Below, piece after piece: positions 55,995 to 64,000 of a stretch of 64,000 bases of DNA. A program made the translations under genes and the position numbers. Every line of letters begins with the position of its first letter. Positions within the stretch are counted from its first letter, which is position 1. The stretch is from Tubiluchus corallicola. Lineage: Eukaryota > Animalia > Priapulida. Location: NCBI GenBank assembly GCA_030141605.1, contig JAQGDQ010000043.1, forward strand, positions 1-64,000. Reading direction: 5' to 3'. The notes under the pieces were generated by a model, which worked only from the letters and a program-made list of their open reading frames with translations, was not told the DNA's origin and ran no database searches.

Positions 55995-58900
55995 TATTAA
56001 ATTCTACACAAAATGTAATTTATATATATATATATATATATTACATTTTGTGTAGAATTTAATTGATTATTTCATATAAGTGTATAAGTACTAGGCTAAC
56101 TGTTATCTTATGACGTAAACAATTTCGTCATTTCTTTGATCAGTTTTTGCTGTATTATTTTTAGTAAATGCCTGCTGGTCTCCAGCTCATGCTGTGAAAC
56201 ATGTGAACTTTTATATTTCCACATTTAAATTTATTATTTAGGAAGGAATTCTGCATTTGATACTTGACTTATTGTTGTGTAACTGAAACATAAGCTAATT
56301 TGGATCTGTTCATTTGTAACAAATTATTAGATGAAATATCTAATAGTGTATTAATAATTGCACTGTGGTATAATATGTCCATGGTATAATAATGAGTTCG
56401 ATGTATTATGGTAAATTATTGAATAAAATACATCAGGAATAATAAACGTAAGTAATTATGCTGCAACATTAATGGATGACACATTAGTATTGACATTACA
56501 CAGAACAGACATTCGCTATGTTCTGTCACCCTTTTTAGAATTGCACCCTTTCATGTTAAAGTATGGATATTTGCCATGCGTAGTCAATGTATGAGAGAGT
56601 TTTTTATCACTATGTTAAAGGACAGCAACCTACCATATTAAAGCATAGACATTTATCATGCATTTACAGGGCTGGCTAGGCAAATGTACATACCCCCACT
56701 CGCACAAGGGCAGTACCCCGGTTTATATCCTGATATGCCCTTCCCGCCTATGCAATGGTAAGTTTAATGTTTTAACAGATGTTTTAGCTATCTTGTTGCC
56801 TCTTTGCACAATCTTACACTTGTATATTTTAAATTGGCATTATTACTATAACAGTAGACATAGTTATATAATTGCACTTACATTTTAGAATTTAGTGGAT
56901 GTTGCTGTATCAAATTTATTTATAGTCTAAACTCTAGAGTGTGATTTTATTTAATTTTGTTTCTGTAGATTGTTAAACCTGTGGTTTGATTGATATGCCA
57001 TGAATGATATTAGCATTTTTTGTGACAGTGATTATAACAAACATTGTTCATTAAGTTTGCTGTGAAAAGCTGACGGTCTGGGCCTTTTTGTGTGCACTTT
57101 TTTTGGACAAATGAAGATATAAAATTGATGTGTTATGTCTGCCTGTTTCATAGGTGTATCATTGACAAATTTCTGTGTGGAAAAAGCGAATAAGCCTGCC
57201 AATGTAATTTTAAATGAAAATAGGATGATTTTTCGTATCACATCCCATTTTGAAGTACGGTAGAAAGTATACATTTTAACACCTATAATAATGCTAAAGC
57301 ATTTCTGATAATTAAATAATTGGTTAGATACTTAATTAATGACTTATGAGAGCAACTAGTGGTGATATCACAACTAAATGTAATTTTCAACCGCCCAGAC
57401 ATTCATGAACATGTTGCACGTGTTTGGGAAGGTGAAATTGAAGTACAGTACTGCTGTACAACATTCAGCGTGATTTACAAAAGCTTAGAAAATTTTAAGT
57501 TTTAAATTCAAATTTCAAGTTTACTGCTGTGCTCATGGATGAGCTCTCGATCGACATACTACGTCATAACCAAACACTTTTGAACTGTGAGGTACAGCAT
57601 CTGTTTTTTGTGTGGGTGCTAGTGCCATCTTACCAACGTAAGAGCAAAGAACTACCCGTGCGAATGCAAAATTACGTTTCTGTGGTAATAATTCTTTCAC
57701 GTAAGTCATTCTTGAAAAAAATAGTGTGTTCCTTCTTGATATTTTATAGATTAGGTTGTTTTGAGTTATAGTTTTGGATTGAGTCTGGTTTTCCTTTAAC
57801 ATTCTTGTCAATTTTTTTTGCTCAGATCAGATATTTATATTTAATAAACTACATTGTTTGTACTAGGATGGATACGGCACTTGCATTTCAGAGCCCTGGT
57901 GTTTTGCTAATATACAACTTGTAAGCATGGCTTCCGTTCAGCAATTACAATATAGTTTTACAATTATTGCACCAAGTGACTGATGTGCATTGTACTGTCA
58001 TCACTTGTTTAACTATATTGTATTGTATGCGGATTATTTTGTTTGCATGGCTGAATGAAAACTTTTTTGAATGCAGAACAATTGTTTGCATTGTTTCTGT
58101 GTACGTTATTTTCTCAAACTACTTCTTAAATGAGGAGAGAATTTCTTATAAAATTCCATGTTTGGGTTACCTTTACACGCACACAAACTTCCCATAACAG
58201 CAAATAGTGTAATTGTTGGGGAACCTTCCGGTACCTGTCTTTACTGTCAGGCAAAAAAATGTACCATGTCAAACTGCTGTTAAAGGATTTCTAGATTCAT
58301 ATATGTGAACGTGTGCTTAATTTTACTTGTATACTGAGAGTATAAAGTTGCACTACTCTTATGGAAATAACCTGACAGAAGACACTTGAGGTCATGTGTT
58401 CAAAATTATAGTTCAAAATTTGCATGCACTCATTATTTTTCAATTGCATGAATTTCTTATTGCATGAACAATAACAGAAATTTCTTGTTGTTATTCGGTT
58501 TGTCATTGAGTTTTCAGAATAACTAAGAGTGCTGCTTCTATTGCTGTACACCAGTTTTATTATTATAAATGTGCTTTGTAGTTAAAATCTTGTTACTTTT
58601 ATGTACGATTTATTATCTATTGTTCTTGTATGCTTACGAGATATACATAATTCAAAACTTGACAATGTAAAAATATAAAATGTGGCAGCAGTTAAGCAAA
58701 TAATCGTCATTAATTAAATATAGTAATGAGTTTTTTGTTTTTTATTATTAATTACTAATTAAAATGAAATTAAAACTAACTATAAATTAATTTCTTATAA
58801 TTTGTTTCAGAAACCATTTATGTTTTAATAATTTTACTAAACTATGGAAAACATGCATTCTATGTTGTGAAGCAACTTTTGATTTGTAGAAGTTGTTACA

Positions 58901-61900
58901 TATAGTTGTCATGTCATGTGAAACTTTTGAAATCATTTTGTACAATATATTAGCTTTATAACAATAAAATTAATTTGTGGGTTCAGAACATGACTATCTA
59001 AACTAGAAGGTTCTTGTATTCTTTAAACAAAGACATCGTTTTTAATATATACTGGAGTGTTTGCTGCAAATATTTTGTTGCCTAATTTCTCAAATGTCTT
59101 TTGCACTTCAGAAAGATCGCTTAGCTTGTTATTATTTTTGCAGGCATACGTCATCTATGTATCCTGTGTCATCGTCATTTAGAAGTAGTTATCCAGGTAG
59201 TCTACATGTTAATACTGCAAATTTGCCTAGGTAAGTAAACCTCATGTCATAACTGTAAATTTACTAAGAAAAATTAGTTATTTATGTAGTTTTTAGGTTG
59301 GCATTAAGTTATCTAAGTATGTTGAAACTTTGCAATATAATGCTGCAAACTAGTGGTACAAAACCAGGGTTTTTCTGTAAATCTTTTAATCAGATTACTT
59401 GTCGATTCGAGAATCGATTTTTCAGGCTTACAAATTTAGTTAACTGAACGTAGTTCTTTGTACTCGTTAAAGCCATGTTCATGTGAAAATTTTTCTAATA
59501 ACTGTGAATTTAGTGCAATACCAAATTATTAACATGTATTTTGGGGCTAAAATCAGAATCTTCACTGTGTAACTCACGTACTAATTGTCTGGCTAGTAAG
59601 ACACTTAGATATGAACTAAATTGGTATAATCTGTTTGCGCTGAGACACTATGCTGTCACAGCCTGTCTACTCGAGTTTACAAATTTCGCGAAGCAGATTA
59701 TTTATTCGGGGACAGCGTAACTGTTTCCAAGAGCTGCGCACTTTAGTTCAATTAATTGAACATGTAAACTTTTCAAAAGTTCCTTAAAAAGAATTTTTTA
59801 TACAAAACAGTTAAGCTATTTAGTTATTTTATAATTGATTCTCGGAATTGGGAGCTTTCATCAATTTAATCGATGTTTCATCCTACTAGTTCTGCAAATT
59901 TATCAAGAAGAGCAAGATTGTTTGATGTTCTAATTTGTTATCTGACAAGAATAGTTTGCAGCTTAATCACTTGTTATAATTACAGGTATAGTCCTCCAGG
60001 TATACTGCCTTCATCACCAGGTATGCCACCATCTCATCATCATGGGATTCCACATCCAGCCATTGTTACTCCAGGACCAAAGCAGGAGATCCATCCGCAG
60101 GATACACATAGGTAAAGTAAAAATTAAGTTTCCGGTGCAGAGCCAAGTTTAGTCTGCAGACTTTCCTTTGTTTCAATTATATTTGGTTTCCAAATGTAAT
60201 AATCATGGGCTAATTCTTTCCCCATCTCAGAAAAAAACAATTGTGTGTTTGAGTAATAGCTTATGTTTACATTTCGTTTTTTAAAACTTCTGGGGTAATC
60301 TTGTGTGAGGACTCTGGGGGAAATTCTGCCGTCATATTTTAGGTAAATATAAATAAACTCTTAGTTTATTATACCAGTCTTTCTTGTCACAAATGAAACA
60401 GGTATGAAACAAATTAAGAACTAAATAGGATATAAAAAATTACTGTATTGTGAGCTTTTATTAAGACAAGATGGTAATAAGGATGAAGTGCACAAAAAAA
60501 TTTTTTGCTACTTTTTTGTCTTCATATGATTTTTGTGGTATTAATTATTTTTATCATTTTAGGAACTCATTAATATTGAATCCTGACCACCATCCTTGCG
60601 GGCAACCAAATACTTCACAGCATCACCACCAGGGGATGCCACCAAATTCGCAGTCGACACCATCTGGTGCTAAGGCAGACAAAAAGAAAACTCATATTAA
60701 AAAGCCTCTAAATGCTTTCATGTTATACATGAAAGAAATGCGAGCACAGGTTGTGGCCGAGTGTACACTGAAAGAAAGTGCGGCTATTAACCAAATCTTA
60801 GGCAGACGGGTACGTCAGCATCAGTTTAAGTACTCTTATTGTTAAGTTTTCTTGGTCGTGGTCATGATAGCTGCCATACACGACAGCAATACATGATGTT
60901 TGTTTTCTTCATTTTATGAGGTTTTCGTTGGCTCTGCAAAAGCTTGCAAGATTAAGCCACACATGATCAAAGGTCGACAAATAACTATAGTAGTGGAGTG
61001 CCAATTTTTGTGTGGACACTAGGTATGTGTGCCACTACTTTTACAAGCCTATGAGTATCAAAAATGCATGGGTCTGCTGGTTGGCAGAGTCACCGACATT
61101 AGTTTGTTGCTATTTGTTGTGGACCCATTTTGCTTGCAGATCCAGCTGAGTTATGACCGCAACCGTCTATGGACTATTGCTTGGCGGGCCGGCTTCAAAG
61201 CAGGAATGCCACGCGTTCTGAGGCTTATTCTAATTTTTTTATACCCAAAACATGCACAGCTAGTTACTCATTATCCTCATTCACGCTCAAAACCACATAT
61301 TGATATTATGTGGTGGGCCCTGAAGGAGTTGAGGACACCGTTAATGATTATGCCCACCTGACCTGGCGATGTTGCAGAACCATTCTTTGCAGATTCTGCA
61401 GACCCCAAAAAAGCGGGTCTTCTCACCTCTCGCAGGCACTTTCATGTAATTAAAGTTGATAAAGCAACTGAACTTTGCCATTTTGAGTAATTTCATAACT
61501 CTCTGGTTATGGACGTGACTTAGTGTTTATTAGTTTGTGCAGTCCTGTGTAATGGCATTTTTATGCATACACCAGTTATACTTGCCTGCTGTTTTGTTTA
61601 GTTTTACGCTAAGCCCTGATGGGTTATACCTGGGTGTTTAAGTTTAAGTTTAAGTTTATTTATTTTTGTATAACATAAAACCTATGTTAATATGTTCTTG
61701 AATGCTGCACAGAAAAAATACATCAAACTAACAGTAAAATTACGATTTAAAATTTAAAACAGCTAAATAATACAAGATTTCACAAAACTTTATTGAAACT
61801 AAAATAAAAATGTAGAAAAAAATTACTCTATTATAAAATGGTTTATCAAACTGTTAGGAATTCGCACTACACTACATTCCATTTTGAAATATAAGAATCG

Positions 61901-62375
61901 CAGTAAAACCAAATGTTTCGGTCACACTAATAAGAATAGATTAGACTCCAAAATGTATTTAATTGTATGCTCGCACGCATAAATGCATTTTTAAAAAATG
62001 TCTGTTGTATATACGATAATAAAACACTGTTTATTTTGCTGTCACAATTGTGTCACTGTAAAGGTGCAGATAACTTAGAATTAACAACTTTATTTTTGGT
62101 ATTTTCTTACATATTTTCTTTTATAATCATTGCTTTAATAGTGCTTATTGGACATTCTTTTAGCCAAAAAACGGATAACTATAATGCTACTCAGTTGCTA
62201 ATGTTATCTGCACTATGTGTCATGTAAATGTCATCTTGTTCTGTTCTAGTGGCATGCACTGGATAACGCTGAAAAGGCGAAATACTTCGCCATGGCACGA
62301 CAAGAGCGTGAGCGCCATCTGCAGAGGACGGCGGCAGCACAGGCGTGTGCTGAATCAGCGGTTCCTCCGCAACCA
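55799..62375 (+). CDS. Tcf: TCF/LEF family HMG-box transcription factor (pangolin/TCF7L2-like), partial multi-exon gene: central Pro/His-rich region plus HMG box; 5' and 3' ends outside the window
   Basis: Joining six exons gives one open frame with [70 protein letters not shown] and WHAL..E.AKY..AR.ER..H, all diagnostic of TCF/LEF. Intron phases match at every junction. Confidence 0.97.
55947..56063. repeat. (AT)n microsatellite followed by a perfect 24-bp inverted repeat enclosing a second (TA)n tract
   Basis: 55996-56019 ATTAAATTCTACACAAAATGTAAT is the exact reverse complement of 56040-56063. Confidence 0.95.
56670..56757 (+). CDS. Tcf: Tcf internal exon B (88 nt, phase 1-2): (G)[28 protein letters not shown](W)
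   Basis: Acceptor catttacag and consensus donor TG|gtaagt. The frame is continuous with exons A and C, the composition is Pro/Tyr-rich, and the split Trp codon is typical of TCF. Confidence 0.88.
57214..57795 (+). mobile_element. Non-autonomous DNA transposon (MITE), Kolobok-like, longest copy (~582 bp)
   Basis: TTAA on both sides (57210-57213, 57796-57799). Imperfect TIRs are ATGAAAATAG... and ...CTGGTTTTCCT. The body is collinear with 15329-15825. Confidence 0.75.
59144..59230 (+). CDS. Tcf: Tcf internal exon C (87 nt, phase 2-2): (W)[28 protein letters not shown](R)
   Basis: Acceptor attatttttgcag and donor AG|gtaagt. It resembles the TCF 'W...MYP...FR..YP' segment. Confidence 0.9.
59986..60111 (+). 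CDS. Tcf: Tcf internal exon D (126 nt, phase 2-2): (R)[41 protein letters not shown](R)
   Basis: Acceptor ataattacag and donor AG|gtaaag. [13 protein letters not shown] is a TCF/LEF hallmark, and PKQE resembles the SUMO-acceptor KxE motif. This is the 3' part of ORF 59873..60115. Confidence 0.95.
60563..60809 (+). CDS. Tcf: Tcf exon E (247 nt, phase 2-0): His/Gln-rich linker plus N-terminal half of the HMG box (helices 1-2)
   Basis: Acceptor ttttatcattttag and donor CGG|gtacgt at the conserved GRR|W intron position. It encodes [43 protein letters not shown]. Confidence 0.98.
61636..62200 (-). mobile_element. Probable decayed LINE 3' fragment inside the HMG-box intron
   Basis: The minus strand ends AAATAAATAAAC(TTAAAC)3 after a T-rich tract. 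No intact ORF; the inner boundary is uncertain. Confidence 0.45.
62250..62375 (+). CDS. Tcf: Tcf exon F: divergent C-terminal half of the HMG box, [42 protein letters not shown]; 3' end uncertain (donor at 62376 or read-through to TAG at 62532-62534)
   Basis: Acceptor tcttgttctgttctag|TGG is in phase 0 after exon E, and the helix-3 pattern WHAL...E.AKY..AR.ER..H is retained. A candidate donor CCA|gttcgt lies where GC content falls. Confidence 0.8.
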
Positions 62376-62818
62376 GTTCGTACCCTATTACCCTCAGTAT
62401 TTTCTGTCGCTAACTCACGATCAGAGTCATGCTATTCCAGTGAACATTTACTGGTTTTTTTCATCTTTGAGTTTTTCATGTCGTTCGATACACAACAAAA
62501 CAAAATCCAGTATTCAGTGACAGGGTCTACTTAGTAATTGTCGTTGGACCGGAACCTAGCTCGTTATTAAGGCTAATTCTGTAAAATAAGACACTGAACT
62601 GATGGAAGTTCACATATGTGAATTCATCTTCTTCATTGAGAAAAATCTCAAGAATGAGTACGGCAAATCAAACTGCATAAACTGACATAAATTGAGTCAG
62701 CCTGGCAATTATCCATCAATTCAGCATTAACCATGCACCTAACAAATGTTGCCTAATTCTCATTGCCAAGCACACACCTAGCTATTTTGTTACATTAAAG
62801 AGTTCATTAATCTTCTTA

Positions 62819-63180
62819 ATTAAAAAAGTCATCATACTAACTTGTGGGGAAAAGCAAAATTAAAAAAGTCATAGTACTAACGTGTGGGGAAAAGCAAAAT
62901 TAAAAAGTCATAGTACTAACTTGTGGGGGAAAGCAAAATTTAAAAAGTCATAGTACTAACTTGTGGGGAAAAGCAAAATTAAAAAGTCGTAGTACTAACT
63001 TGTGGGGGAAAGCAAAATTAAAAAAGTCATAGTACTAACTTGTGGGGAAAAGCAAAATTAAAAAGTCGTAGTACTAACTTGTGGGGGAAAGCAAAATTAA
63101 AAAAGTCATAGTACTAACTTGTGGGGAAAAGCAAAATTAAAAAAGTCATAGTACTAACTTGTGGGGAAAAGCAAAATTAA
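62819..63180. repeat. Minisatellite, 9 near-identical copies of a 39-40 bp unit (ATTAAAAAAGTCATAGTACTAACTTGTGGGGAAAAGCAAA)
   Basis: Head-to-tail copies with no spacers; nine GTGGGG cores counted. Confidence 0.97.
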
Positions 63181-64000
63181 GTTTATTTTTAAATTTTGCA
63201 TTTTACTGTCATTGACTATTATTAAGAGAATGTAACGTGCATTTTTCCAAAAGTTCATTATGTAACAGCATTTGTTTTTTTTGTTAAGTTTTCTCTCGAA
63301 AAAGCATTCCAAAGTTCACTATTCTCATTGCAGTTGGTACACGAAAGTCCTTTTAATTTTCTAGTGACTTCCATTCCTGACTTAGCTTAAATAGTTTTGT
63401 ATGGAAACAACTTTTTAGTTGTTTGTGTCCTAAAGCATGCAAAAAAAGATTTATATCAGTTTAATTAACCATTACAGTTTAACAGTAGCTCAGATTTCAA
63501 TGCTTTGATGAAAAGCCTATATTTTTGTCATTGGTCCAGCATCTTCTACGTATTACTGGATTAGCATGGCTTTGAGCTGTACCGTGTATCAATTGGCTTT
63601 AACAATAGTTTTGTCTTATATTTATTTAGATATTAGGTCGCAGATTTTTCTTAATATTACCTTTGTGCCAAATTTTTTCTTGCTAGATGATGGGGTAATA
63701 GGGTACATCTGATCACTTCTTTGCGAGCGCTTTGTTTGCGAAATAAACTTAGTTAAAGCCACTTGGCCCTCGGTCAGTGCTATTGACCATTGGTCAGTAC
63801 TAGTTTTAACTGCTTTTAGACTAGCGGTGCCATTATCGGGTGTTGGGTTTTAACTTATTAATGTTGAAGCATGATCGCTGGCCGTGTGGCTTTAATCTTA
63901 GGACTAATATGTGTGTCAAAGTTTTGCTACATTTGTTTTGTTTAAAAATTGCCAGCGACTACAGTGCTGGTCTGTTTGTTGTTGTTGTTTGGCAGATATA

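Noticed and set aside
60965-60973. GATCAAAGG TCF-binding site near the HMG exon, and other CTTTGAW matches, suggesting autoregulation
   Set aside because: A rough estimate gives tens of CTTTGAW matches by chance in 64 kb of AT-rich DNA, and no tight cluster was seen.
62819-63180. CRISPR-like regular repeats (also 34280-34693)
   Set aside because: The units are head-to-tail without unique spacers, there are no cas genes, and the context is a eukaryotic intron.
62535-64000. Canonical second HMG exon, basic tail or C-clamp (CRARF/RKKKCIRY) exon
   Set aside because: Searched by eye and not found in the window; presumably further downstream.

Overview
AT-rich animal (invertebrate bilaterian-type) genomic DNA, not prokaryotic. 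The only protein-coding signal is a + strand, intron-split TCF/LEF (pangolin/TCF7L2-like) Wnt-effector transcription factor gene. Six exons at 55799-55910, 56670-56757, 59144-59230, 59986-60111, 60563-60809 and 62250-~62375 have AG acceptors and mutually compatible phases (0-1-2-2-2-0); the first five have clear GT donors. No N-terminal beta-catenin-binding exon was recognised, so 1-55798 is probably one very large intron. It contains microsatellites, a 59-bp minisatellite, tRNA-like/SINE heads, LINE-like 3' tails, a TTAA-flanked (Kolobok-like) MITE family and several dense transcription-factor motif clusters. The most striking observation is that the first half of the HMG box is essentially invariant, whereas the exon supplying the second half (helix 3) is strongly divergent and lacks the near-universal [10 protein letters not shown] motif. 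It is probably a duplicated, alternatively spliced and diverged HMG exon, with a canonical copy expected beyond the window. Almost all ORF-track entries outside these exons look spurious. All alignments and family comparisons were done by eye or from memory.
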